Assembly: GCA_021788015.1 (NCBI GenBank)
Contig: JAJYLD010000002.1
Span: 135,033-199,032 of the forward strand
Length of the DNA stretch: 64,000 bases
DNA from: a bacterium
GTDB taxonomy: Bacteria; Patescibacteriota; Patescibacteriia; Patescibacteriales; JAKAJF01
Direction: 5' to 3'
Shown: piece after piece, positions 23,921-33,320 of the stretch
How positions within the stretch are numbered: position 1 is the stretch's first letter
Layout: each line of letters opens with the position of its first letter
Notes under the pieces: generated by a model
Seen by the model: the letters and a program-made list of their open reading frames with translations, nothing else
Databases searched by the model: none
What the model was told of the DNA's origin: nothing
Translations under genes and position numbers: made by a program

Positions 23921-25951
23921 TTAGAAGAGTTTGTAGTTGAGAAAATTTTTTATGTGATGCTTTAACGGTTTGGGGGCGCGGCCGGTCGCTTTTTTCTTAA
24001 TCGCGGCCGGTCTTTTTTTTTCAAGGGAGATTCCTTTTTTTCTTTCGATTTTTTTAGTCTTGCCGACAGTTTTCTTGCTATCGTCGAAAAGTTTGCTTAT
24101 ATCCCAAGTGGCCGCCCCGATTACCGAATCCGCTCCGCCGTAGTAAACAAACAATTTTTTATCTACAACCACCGCTCCGCAAGGAAAAATAACATTGGCG
24201 GTTTGGCCGGCAATTTCATAAGGCGTTTCCGGTTCCATAATCGGGCGATCGGTTCTCGCGAGTATCTTGGTCGGATCGTCGAGATCAAGCAAAACGGCCC
24301 CCAGTCGATACTTGCGGTCTTCTTTCGATATGCCGTGATAAAGAAGCAGCCAGCCCTTTTTTGTTTTTATGGGCGTGGCGGACAAGCCGACTTTTTCGCT
24401 GTCCCACATGCCGTCGCGAGGAGCAAGCAGAGTCGATCCCTTAAGCCATTTTTTGTTCGAGAAATTTAGAGTTTTAACAAAATCGATTTCGATGCTGACA
24501 CCCAGACGATGGGCAATCGCGTATCTATCCCCGAATTTTTCCGGAAAGACGGCGGCGTCTTTGTCGTCCGCGCCCGGCGATGAAATCAATTTTGGCTTGG
24601 ACCACGTCCATTTTTTATCCAGAAAATTTTTAAGCGAAATCGAAGTAAGGGCGACACGCGGTTGATGTCCGTCGAAAGCGGTATAGCACATGTAAACGGT
24701 CGAACCCATTAACGTTAAGCGCGGATCTTCGCAACCCATGGATTCAAAATCTTCTCGAGGAGAATAAATCGGCTTGTTTAACCTTTCCGTTATGTTGAAG
24801 CCGTCGGAACCGGCGGCGTAGCCCAACGTAGAAATATTTTCATTGGACATGGCGCGGTAAACAAGATGTATTCGTTCGTTTGCGTAAAGCGCGCCGGGAT
24901 TGAATACGGCCTTTGCTTCCCAAGCATGTTCCGACTTCGGAGTTAAGATCGGATTCTTTTTATAACGTTCAATTTTAACGTTTAAAATTTCCGAATCTTT
25001 CATTTCTTCAAGTAATTTATTCAAATCGCACGAAGCGAAAGAACAATTCGTGTCGGCGGCGCCGTAACTTACCACCAAACGGCCGTCTTTTATGTAAGCT
25101 CCGGACGGGAAAACGATATTAGGGACCTTACCTTCTTTTTCGTAAGGCGTTTCCGGCGTAAGCATCGCCTCTCTGGTCCTGCCGATAATTTTTTTTGGAT
25201 CTTTAATATCCAAAAGGACGGCTTCTATGCTGAAAACCGGCGAACCGATAAAGTAATTTTTAATGTAAGAATAAATAAGCAACCAACCATATTTGGTTAA
25301 GAGAGGGGCGGCCCCCACTTCCACGTGGTCGCGAGACGATCTCTGCAAAATCAAAGCGTGATTTTCCAGATTGGCGTACCAGCCATCCCAATATTTTTTA
25401 GACCAAATTTGTTTTTCGTTATCAAACAGAGCTATGCCTATTCTTACGGGCGGCCTATCGGTATTGGCCGTAAGAATGGCCGCGACTTTGCCGTTTACCC
25501 GACCGGGAAACAGGGTCATGGCTTTGGAATTGAAAGTCGTTACCGGATGCTTTTCCATGGTTTTAAAATCGTGCGTAATGGCCAAGCCCACTTTTATGTT
25601 TTCGGCGTTAAAAGGATAGCCGGATAGGGCCGTGTAAAAAATAAAATAGCGACCGTTCAATTCGGTAATGCGCGGATCTTCGCAACCGAATCTTTCCCAA
25701 GCGTGTTCCGGCTTGATGAATTGGCGGCGATTGATAAAGTTTACTCCGTCCGAACTTTCGGCGTAACCAACGGAAGACAAAGACATATGCGCGCCTTCAT
25801 GAACCATTGGCGCCGACATGGCTCGATATAAAAGGCGCACAGCTTTGTTTTTAATCGCGGTCGCGCCGTTAAAAACCGCTTCCGCTTCCCAAACATTGTC
25901 CGGTTTCGGAGCAAGCACTGGATTTTCTTTAAAACGTTTTAAAGTGATCAT
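23921..25951 (-). CDS. Tandem GH130-type glycoside phosphorylase/hydrolase, two domains
   Basis: The pattern (R)FK.NPVL.P....WE..AVFN....YRAMS...GCEDPR occurs twice. The C-terminal tail is Lys-rich. Confidence 0.7.
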   Translation of the reverse strand: MITLKRFKENPVLAPKPDNVWEAEAVFNGATAIKNKAVRLLYRAMSAPMVHEGAHMSLSSVGYAESSDGVNFINRRQFIKPEHAWERFGCEDPRITELNGRYFIFYTALSGYPFNAENIKVGLAITHDFKTMEKHPVTTFNSKAMTLFPGRVNGKVAAILTANTDRPPVRIGIALFDNEKQIWSKKYWDGWYANLENHALILQRSSRDHVEVGAAPLLTKYGWLLIYSYIKNYFIGSPVFSIEAVLLDIKDPKKIIGRTREAMLTPETPYEKEGKVPNIVFPSGAYIKDGRLVVSYGAADTNCSFASCDLNKLLEEMKDSEILNVKIERYKKNPILTPKSEHAWEAKAVFNPGALYANERIHLVYRAMSNENISTLGYAAGSDGFNITERLNKPIYSPREDFESMGCEDPRLTLMGSTVYMCYTAFDGHQPRVALTSISLKNFLDKKWTWSKPKLISSPGADDKDAAVFPEKFGDRYAIAHRLGVSIEIDFVKTLNFSNKKWLKGSTLLAPRDGMWDSEKVGLSATPIKTKKGWLLLYHGISKEDRKYRLGAVLLDLDDPTKILARTDRPIMEPETPYEIAGQTANVIFPCGAVVVDKKLFVYYGGADSVIGAATWDISKLFDDSKKTVGKTKKIERKKGISLEKKRPAAIKKKATGRAPKPLKHHIKNFLNYKLF

Positions 25952-25998
25952 ATGGAAATGCCTTAGACGGACGTTCTGATAAGATCGCCGTAAGATTG

Positions 25999-27840
25999 TT
26001 AATTATTTAAAAAATTAATAGTTCTTGTTTTCACTTTTGTTTTGCCGACCATCCGATTCAGAAATTCATTAAGATTCGCCATGGCCACGCACGTGACCGT
26101 ATCGGCGCCTCCGTAATAAACAAACAAGTCATCGTCTATCAATGTTGCCCCGCAGGCGTAAACAACCCCGCTTTTAAAACCTTCGTTTTCATATTTTTCA
26201 TCCGGTTCCAAAACGGGAAGGCGAGCGCGATACAAAATTTTTTTGGGATTTTTATAATCCAAAATCATGGCCCCGATTTTGTATCTGTCCGGATCGCGCT
26301 TGTCCATTGCGTGATAAAAAAGCAACCAGCCGTATTTTGTTTTGATGGGCGGAGCGCCCGCACCCCGAACAATGTTGTCCCAGCTGTTCTCGTCGCCGTG
26401 GGTTAAACGGCGACTTTCGATATTGAAATCTTCGATATCAAGAGAATCGACGTAATCAATGGCGATATGCGGGGCAATGCTATGCAGAATCGCGTATTTG
26501 CCGTTTATTTTTTCTGGGAAAAGGACCCAATTTTTGTGCGTCTGGCCCGGTCTGGATAAAATTTTGGGCTTTTCCCATTTCCATTGTTTATTTAAGAAAT
26601 CTTTAAGTTTTATGGACGTAATGGCAACCCGCGGTCCGTGGTAACCGTCGAAGGCCATATAGGTCATATATAAAGTATTGTCGATTTTTGTCAGTCGCGG
26701 ATCTTCGCAACCGCCCGCGCCGCCGCCGCCGGAAATATAAGGACTGAGCCCGTAGTTATAACTGTTCTTGGCCGCGCCTTCGAATTTTTCACGCGGCACA
26801 TAAATCGGAGTATCCGAGCGCTTGTCGAAATTCAATCCGTCGGGACTGGAAGCGTAACCGATAACGGAAATGTCGGTTTCCCCGATGGCGCGATAAAGAA
26901 GATGAACGCGTCCGTTTTCATAAATCGCGGCCGCATTCATTGTCGCTTTCGATTCCCATAAATTTTCCGGCCGCGGGGTGATTATAGGATTGCCTCCGAA
27001 TCGGGACAATTTATGGACGATTAACTTGCTTTTATTCAAGTCGGCCAAATACTCTTCGTAAGGCCATTCTATGGAAAATATTTCCCCGTTTTTCGCCTCC
27101 CAGTAAAGGAAGAGATTTTTTTTAATCCGTGCGGATCCGAGAAAGGAAAGGCGTTTTTCTTCCCAATCTTCCGGGTCTTCCCAAACCGGATCGGGAGATC
27201 TCCAAACGAGTTTGGACGGATTTTTTTTATCAAATAGCGCCATTCCGCCGGCATAACGGTGACGTTCATTACGTTCGTATTTGATAAAATATGACAATAA
27301 AATGCCTTTTTTGACGGCGAATACGGCGGCAATGTGCAAATCGGAATCGTCAAAACGACCAATTCGCGGCGCAAGCACGGGGAGAGGATGTTTTTCCCAA
27401 GCCCCTTTCTTTTTAGAGATCGTTTTTAAAAAATTTATGTAAAAAGAACCTCTGCCGGAATATTTTACTTTTTGGGCGTTGGAAGAGTAGCCGGGCACGA
27501 TTATTTCCGGTTCTGGCGTAATTGACGACGTTTTCTTAACCTTCCAACGGAAAAGGGTTTTGGAAACGGCCTCATGATAATAATGTTTTTTTCCGCGAAG
27601 AAGTTTGTAACTCAGGACAAACTCGTTATTCTCGTTTCTGGAGAAGAAAAAATCGGAACAATTGCCGATATTTTCAGGCTTGCCCGTTTGGTTAATGATA
27701 GCCGCTTTTTGTTTTGTTGTCTTAAAAGAATAGCCATTCGCGCTTTTGGCTATATAAATGGAGTTGTCCTGTTTGCTTGAAAGCCGGTAAAAAAGAAAAA
27801 CCTCTTTACCTTTTTGGACAACTCCCAACCCCCCTTGCAT
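25999..27840 (-). CDS. GH130-type domain protein with an extra N-terminal propeller-like region
   Basis: The C-terminal half carries GGNPIITP..WE..NAAAI..YRAIG..GCEDPR. Confidence 0.65.
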   Translation of the reverse strand: MQGGLGVVQKGKEVFLFYRLSSKQDNSIYIAKSANGYSFKTTKQKAAIINQTGKPENIGNCSDFFFSRNENNEFVLSYKLLRGKKHYYHEAVSKTLFRWKVKKTSSITPEPEIIVPGYSSNAQKVKYSGRGSFYINFLKTISKKKGAWEKHPLPVLAPRIGRFDDSDLHIAAVFAVKKGILLSYFIKYERNERHRYAGGMALFDKKNPSKLVWRSPDPVWEDPEDWEEKRLSFLGSARIKKNLFLYWEAKNGEIFSIEWPYEEYLADLNKSKLIVHKLSRFGGNPIITPRPENLWESKATMNAAAIYENGRVHLLYRAIGETDISVIGYASSPDGLNFDKRSDTPIYVPREKFEGAAKNSYNYGLSPYISGGGGAGGCEDPRLTKIDNTLYMTYMAFDGYHGPRVAITSIKLKDFLNKQWKWEKPKILSRPGQTHKNWVLFPEKINGKYAILHSIAPHIAIDYVDSLDIEDFNIESRRLTHGDENSWDNIVRGAGAPPIKTKYGWLLFYHAMDKRDPDRYKIGAMILDYKNPKKILYRARLPVLEPDEKYENEGFKSGVVYACGATLIDDDLFVYYGGADTVTCVAMANLNEFLNRMVGKTKVKTRTINFLNN

Positions 27841-27991
27841 ATGGTTGGCGTCCCAAAAGTAATTTTAAAGATGAGAAAATGGGGACTTAAAAATAAAGTA
27901 AGATTATGGTTTTATTATACTAAAAAATTAATTTTTGGGGAATAGCCGGAATAATTTTGAATAAGGCGGCGATTGATGATATGCTATATAT

Positions 27992-28408
27992 ATGAAATTC
28001 ACAACCAATTCGACGGGAGAAAAAGTTACCACGCCTTGGGGGAAAGAGATAATTTTTACGCCCGAAAATCTTCAACGAACGGGCAAGATTTTATTTATCA
28101 AGGGAGGGAAAAGACTTTCTTTCCAATATCATGACAAAAAAGAAGAAACGATTTGTCTTGTTTCGGGCAAGGCTTTGATATGGCTTGAGAATAAGCGCGG
28201 TCAGATAGAAAAAATCCCGATGGAAATTAAAAAGGGATATACAATTGAGCCAATGCAAAAACACAGGATCGAAGCCGTCAAGGACAGTTTGCTCGTGGAA
28301 GCGTCTTCGCCCGAACTCGGCACGACTTTTAGGATAGAAGACGATTATAACCGCGGCGACGAAACTCCCGGGACAAGAAAAAAACTGAACAGAGGGTGGA
28401 AGAAATAA
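27992..28408 (+). CDS. Cupin-domain protein, type II phosphomannose isomerase C-terminal-like
   Basis: TPWGKEIIFT..LSFQYHDKKEETICLVSGKA..H.IEA. Confidence 0.65.
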   Translation: MKFTTNSTGEKVTTPWGKEIIFTPENLQRTGKILFIKGGKRLSFQYHDKKEETICLVSGKALIWLENKRGQIEKIPMEIKKGYTIEPMQKHRIEAVKDSLLVEASSPELGTTFRIEDDYNRGDETPGTRKKLNRGWKK

Positions 28409-28441
28409 GTAAGTCGATTTAAAACCGCCTTTTCGGCGGTT

Positions 28442-29311
28442 TTATTTAACTCCCGCTTTTTCAAGCAATCTTTTTAAATTCGTTCCCGGCGAGATTCTGA
28501 TGCGGGGCAGGGTTAAATTATTCTTTGTATTCGCAACTCCGTAATGAGTAGTGACCGCATATTCAAATCCGGCTTTTTTTACTTCGTTAAGAACTCTTGC
28601 ATTATACTCCCCGGAAGGGTAACTGAAACTGACAATATGTAAATTAAACATTTTTTCCAAAGTCTTTTTGCTTTGAATAATTTCTTTATTCAAATCTTTT
28701 GATTCTTTCAAGTCGGGATGTGTCCAGGTATGGCAACCTATTTCTACTCCATTTTCAGAAATTTTCTTTATCTCATTTGCCGTCATATAGCCTTTTTGAT
28801 TGACGCGGTTAACGATAATGAACGAGACCGCCGTCATGCCCCTTTTTTTCAGTTCTGGAAAAACGTTTGTGTAAAAATTATCGTACCCGTCATCAAAAGT
28901 TAACACGATCGGTTTTCTAGGGATTACTCCGTTATCCAAGTCGTCAAATGTTACCGTCGTATAGCCGGATTTTTTCAAATAATCAAGCTGGGCGATAAAG
29001 TTTTTTGGGGAGACGGACAAATTTACTCCAATCGGATCATGGGGGTTATTATAGATGCGGACATGATGATACATTAAAATCGGAAAAGGTTTATTCCAAT
29101 CTTTTTTAATTTCCGGATTATTTTTTTCAATTCCAGCAGGAGTACCGGAGGCGGTTGCCCGGATTATTTTCGTTTGAGAAGGAATGTCGGAAACGGTGTT
29201 TGACGTCATAATGCCAGAATGAACGCCCGAAGCGGAAGACGCAAAAACCATCAGCAGCGATAAGGCGATTTTTTTTATGTCCATAAATAATAATGAAAGA
29301 CTCGGTATCAT
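28442..29311 (-). CDS. Polysaccharide deacetylase (NodB family)
   Basis: ILMYHHV, LTFDDGY and HTWTHPDL. The true start may be MDIKK at 29284. Confidence 0.8.
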   Translation of the reverse strand: MIPSLSLLFMDIKKIALSLLMVFASSASGVHSGIMTSNTVSDIPSQTKIIRATASGTPAGIEKNNPEIKKDWNKPFPILMYHHVRIYNNPHDPIGVNLSVSPKNFIAQLDYLKKSGYTTVTFDDLDNGVIPRKPIVLTFDDGYDNFYTNVFPELKKRGMTAVSFIIVNRVNQKGYMTANEIKKISENGVEIGCHTWTHPDLKESKDLNKEIIQSKKTLEKMFNLHIVSFSYPSGEYNARVLNEVKKAGFEYAVTTHYGVANTKNNLTLPRIRISPGTNLKRLLEKAGVK

Positions 29312-29393
29312 GGTGTAATTTTAATTTTTTACCGAGAAAATGTCCAGAGCATAAGCTGTTGATTTTTCTTGCGAATTCATTTAAGATTTCTTT

Positions 29394-30476
29394 ATGTCTT
29401 TATCCATCGGCATCGTCGGTTTGCCCAATGTCGGCAAATCGACTTTATTTAACGCCCTGACAAAAAAACAAGTCGACGCTTCCAATTACCCTTTCTGCAC
29501 CATTGATCCGAATGTCGGAGTGGTGAAAGTTCCGGATGAAAGATTGGAAGCTTTGGCGCGAATTTCCAAGCCGGAAAAAATCATCAACACCGCCATCGAA
29601 TTCGTCGATATTGCCGGTTTGGTTAAGGGTGCGCACGAAGGCGAAGGTTTGGGCAACCAATTTTTATCCCGTATCCGCGAATGCGACGCGATTTGCGAAG
29701 TGGTGCGCGAGTTTAAAGATGACAACATCATTCACGTGAACAATAGAATCGATCCCGAAGGCGACCGCGAAACTATAAATATGGAATTGGTTTTTGCCGA
29801 TCTGGCCACGGTCGAAAAAAGTTTGGTTCGGATTACCAAAGAGGCCAGGAGCGGCGACAAAGAGGCTTCGGCCGCACATCCTCTTTTGGAAAAAATAAAG
29901 AAAAATCTCGAGCAGGGCCGCGCCGCGCGCGAAGTGGAATTAAACGATGACGAAAAAAAATTAATAAAGAGTTTAAATTTATTGACAATCAAGCCGATTA
30001 TTTATGTTTTGAACAGTAATAATGAAGAAAATCTCCTAACCCCCCTTAATAAGGGGGGCGTTAATGAATGGGGCGGTAAGATTTTAAAAATCAATATCAA
30101 ACTGGAACAAGAAATTGCGAGTTTAAGCGATGATGAACAGAAAGAATTTGTCAAAGAACTGGGATTGGCGGAAAGCGGTTTGGACAAATTGATAAAAGCG
30201 GCATACGAACTGCTTGGGTTAATAACATTTTTTACGACCGGTCGCGATGAAACGCGCGCTTGGACGGTAAAAAGGGGCGCAAGAGCCCCGGAAGCGGCCG
30301 GCGTCATTCATACCGATTTTGAAAAAGGTTTTGTGCGGGCGGAAACTATAAATTGGCGAAAATTTGTCGAAGCGGGCGGAGAAACTGAAGCGCGGGAGAG
30401 GGGCCTGATTCGCACAGAAGGCAGAGACTATATTGTTAAAGACGGAGATGTCTGTCATTTTTTAATTAATAAGTAG
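29394..30476 (+). CDS. ychF: Ribosome-binding ATPase YchF
   Basis: GIVGLPNVGKSTLFNALT, DIAGLVKGA, and a TGS-domain C terminus. Confidence 0.9.
   Translation: MSLSIGIVGLPNVGKSTLFNALTKKQVDASNYPFCTIDPNVGVVKVPDERLEALARISKPEKIINTAIEFVDIAGLVKGAHEGEGLGNQFLSRIRECDAICEVVREFKDDNIIHVNNRIDPEGDRETINMELVFADLATVEKSLVRITKEARSGDKEASAAHPLLEKIKKNLEQGRAAREVELNDDEKKLIKSLNLLTIKPIIYVLNSNNEENLLTPLNKGGVNEWGGKILKINIKLEQEIASLSDDEQKEFVKELGLAESGLDKLIKAAYELLGLITFFTTGRDETRAWTVKRGARAPEAAGVIHTDFEKGFVRAETINWRKFVEAGGETEARERGLIRTEGRDYIVKDGDVCHFLINK
30040..30058. repeat. G/C-clamped palindrome inside ychF
   Basis: CCCCCC-TTAATAA-GGGGGG, which encodes ..TPLNKGG.. Confidence 0.6.
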
Positions 30477-30611
30477 CCATATTGACTAGAATTAAATAAT
30501 TTCCTATATTAAAAAGTAGTTTCCCCCTGATTGCAGCAACCCTCTCTTCCCGCAGAGAGGGTGCAAATAACAGGAAAAACCCCTGTTTAAATAAATGGGA
30601 TTCCCAAAAAC

Positions 30612-30646
30612 AAAAAGGACCAATAATTTGGCCCTTCTTTTTTTAA
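30612..30646. terminator. Bidirectional terminator
   Basis: Stem AAGGACCAA/TTGGCCCTT with A/T runs on both sides, between convergent ychF and the ROK kinase. Confidence 0.6.
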
Positions 30647-30652
30647 AATTTT

Positions 30653-31498
30653 TTAAAGCAGGCTCGCTCCAATCGCTCCGGCCAACGGTCCCAGCTTTCC
30701 TTTTATGATTTTTACTTTTGCCGCCCGGGGATCCACAATATATTTTTTGGCTGTTTTTTTGATTTTTTCCATAAAAAGGTCTTCGGACTCGACAACGCTG
30801 CCGCCGATAACAATAATTTCAGGATAAATAATAGTAACGATATCAACGAGACCGAGGCCGAGAACAAGACCGAATTCTTCAAAGGCTTTTCTGGCAAAAA
30901 CATCGCCGCGGTGAGCCTCCTCGGCCAATTGCAAAGGATTGTTTAGGGTCAATTTATGATAAGCTTCTTCCAAATCGATCGGCTCTTTGAAATCGATAAT
31001 CATTCGTCCGGGTTCGAAGCCGCCGCCATGCGGACCGCTATAAATGTCGCCATTAAACCACCAAGCGCCGCCGATTCCGGTGCCCAAAGTTATGCCCAAA
31101 GCATTGTTGTATTTTTTCCCCGCTCCGAAATTTTTCTCTCCTCGCAAAAAGCAATTGGCATCATTATCAATTTTTACTGCGAGGCCGAATTTTTCTTTGA
31201 GCGTGTCGGGCAAGCGCACATTGTTCAATATGGGCAAATTTCGGCATTTCACGACAATTTCTTTTCTTTCATCGACTACTCCCGGAATGCCGATGCCGAT
31301 GCCGCCTATTTTTAATTTTTCCTTTTGCGCTTTTTCAATTAGCGGATCAATTAAGGCTTTGAGCATAATCAAAAAATGCTCCAAGTTGTCTTTGGGCGTG
31401 GCTAAAGTAAAATCGGCCATCACCCTGCCTTTCGAAAACAGAACGCTGGTCATTTTTGTGCCGCCGACGTCGACTCCGATTGTGGTTTTATGTTTCAT
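30653..31498 (-). CDS. ROK-family sugar kinase (glucokinase-like)
   Basis: IGVDVGGTKM, GIGIPGVVD and ALGITLGTGIGG. Confidence 0.8.
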   Translation of the reverse strand: MKHKTTIGVDVGGTKMTSVLFSKGRVMADFTLATPKDNLEHFLIMLKALIDPLIEKAQKEKLKIGGIGIGIPGVVDERKEIVVKCRNLPILNNVRLPDTLKEKFGLAVKIDNDANCFLRGEKNFGAGKKYNNALGITLGTGIGGAWWFNGDIYSGPHGGGFEPGRMIIDFKEPIDLEEAYHKLTLNNPLQLAEEAHRGDVFARKAFEEFGLVLGLGLVDIVTIIYPEIIVIGGSVVESEDLFMEKIKKTAKKYIVDPRAAKVKIIKGKLGPLAGAIGASLL

Positions 31499-31507
31499 GT
31501 ATTTTCT

Positions 31508-31598
31508 CCTGGCGAATCAACGAATCTGACAACGAATTTCACGAATATAAATTTAAAAAATTTGTTGTATTCGTAATGGGATTTGTTGATTCGCCAGG
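31508..31598. repeat. Intergenic long hairpin, CGAATCAAC family
   Basis: A perfect 14-bp terminal stem (CCTGGCGAATCAAC/GTTGATTCGCCAGG). The interior uses ACGAAT words. On the minus strand, its end supplies AGGAG 8 nt before the ROK-kinase ATG. Confidence 0.65.
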
Positions 31599-31602
31599 AA
31601 TT

Positions 31603-32622
31603 TTAATAAGCCAATTCTCTGTGGAACAATAATTTCGCGTCATTCCACAATTTCGGATTGTTTTGAGTTTGTTTTTCCCAATACCACCATTCTACGCCCC
31701 AAAGATAAAATTCTCGAAATCCGGTTTGGCGGGCGTAAGAAAGAATTTGATGAAATTTTTGATCGTCCATGGTGCGATCGCGTTCTTGTTCGGTGATGTC
31801 TTGAAAGGGAACGGGGGCCCAGGGTTCCGCCTGAAGTTCGATCACTATCCATTTTTTGGGATGAGCAAAAAGATTAACGACATTTTTTTTAAGACGAAAA
31901 AACCAGGGAGCGATCGGATAATGAACATACATGCCCAGGGTTTTTGAATAAGTATTTCTATACAGGCTCGTGCCGAAAATATCCGCTCGTTCGGCCGCGG
32001 AAAACCAAAGCGACAATTCACCGGAATCGGTGATGACGATCGGCCTTGAATCAAGCGAGCGCACCAAAGCGATTTCTTTGTCTAAAAAGGAGGTGTCCAG
32101 GGGCGGGCATTCGCCAAAGTGGGGCAGAAACGGTTCGTTTTCAACTTGCCAAGCGTAAATTTGTTTTTCATTTTTATACCGGTTGACTGTTTCTTTTATG
32201 TAATTTAAAAGTTGCGCGTCTCTCGCTTCCGCGCTTGCGTCCTCTGCCCAGGCGGGGAAATGGCATTCGGGCCAGCGTGGCAATCGCCCGCCGACCGCCA
32301 AAATTATGGAAGCGTTATAATCGCCGGCCGTTTTTATCTGCCAATCCGTATCGGTCCAATTCCAAACTCCTTCCTTCGGTTCGATTTCGTTCCAGTAAGC
32401 GGACAGCCTTATTTTTTTCACGCCCAAATCTTCAAAGATGCTCAAAAAAACTTTTTTCCAATCTAGCCCCAAATCAAGCGCTTCTTGTTTTGAAAAAGTC
32501 ACTCCGAAATCGATTTGATCCGGTTTATAAATCGGCGCTCGGCTCAAAAGATAGAGAACGATTCCGCCCGCGAGCACGGTCAAAAAAGCGACAAAGAATT
32601 TGTTTTTAAAAAGCCTAACCAT
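31603..32622 (-). CDS. Membrane-anchored glycoside hydrolase, clan GH-A (GH5-like)
   Basis: N-terminal TM, then KIRLSAYWNEIEP and WQVENEP (the catalytic NEP motif). Confidence 0.55.
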   Translation of the reverse strand: MVRLFKNKFFVAFLTVLAGGIVLYLLSRAPIYKPDQIDFGVTFSKQEALDLGLDWKKVFLSIFEDLGVKKIRLSAYWNEIEPKEGVWNWTDTDWQIKTAGDYNASIILAVGGRLPRWPECHFPAWAEDASAEARDAQLLNYIKETVNRYKNEKQIYAWQVENEPFLPHFGECPPLDTSFLDKEIALVRSLDSRPIVITDSGELSLWFSAAERADIFGTSLYRNTYSKTLGMYVHYPIAPWFFRLKKNVVNLFAHPKKWIVIELQAEPWAPVPFQDITEQERDRTMDDQKFHQILSYARQTGFREFYLWGVEWWYWEKQTQNNPKLWNDAKLLFHRELAY

Positions 32623-32670
32623 ACTTTATTTCGGTCGCGATAGCATAAATATGATGAATGGATAATCGTG

Positions 32671-33105
32671 TTAAAACGGAATAAATCCGCTATAAGATCC
32701 TCCTTCGGCGGACGTGGCGCCGTAAATTTTATTGGTGACAAAGACGGCGATGGAATAAGCGGCCAAAATAATGATTAGTCCTATAATCCCTGTTTTGATC
32801 AAGCCGATCGCCTTGCCGACCTTTTCTTCATTGCCTTGCGAAAGCATATAAACTATACCGGCGTAAACAATTATGGCTACGAACAAAATTCCCAAAATTC
32901 CCAAAATGACCTTAATTATTTGTGCCACGACAATGCGGGGGTCAGCCGGATCGCCTTGGGTTCCGAAAGCTTGCGAACCGATGGTGTCCAGACCGTTATT
33001 CTGCGCATCTTGCCACAGGTCGGCATGGATCAATTTTATCGGCGCAATAAGCATGCTCGAAAAAATAAGGAGAAAAAGAATGGATTTTGTTTTGTTGAAT
33101 GACAT
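32671..33105 (-). CDS. TrbC/VirB2-like pilin, paralog 1
   Basis: Signal sequence, then two TM helices flanking YMLSQGNEEKVGKA. Confidence 0.6.
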   Translation of the reverse strand: MSFNKTKSILFLLIFSSMLIAPIKLIHADLWQDAQNNGLDTIGSQAFGTQGDPADPRIVVAQIIKVILGILGILFVAIIVYAGIVYMLSQGNEEKVGKAIGLIKTGIIGLIIILAAYSIAVFVTNKIYGATSAEGGSYSGFIPF

Positions 33106-33320
33106 AAGGTTTGATATAATTAAGTTATTAGGAAACAAATCTTTTGAACATAATCAGACTTAAGCGAGAATAGAATTTTTAAAAAGTTGGATAATTTCTA
33201 ATTTTTAAAATTAGAATATTAAAAATTAAGAATTAAAAATTTTATACCATTTATGGAGATTACACAGGCATTTCACTTTTATTATACCGAAATCTAACAA
33301 ATATTAACAGAGCTAATTTT

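Noticed and set aside
30527-30600. Hairpin CCCTCTCT-TCCCGC-AGAGAGGG followed by an A-rich tail after ychF, considered as a preQ1-type riboswitch.
   Set aside because: There is no downstream plus-strand gene to regulate, and the loop is too small for the preQ1-I pseudoknot. More likely it is a 3' stem or another palindromic element.
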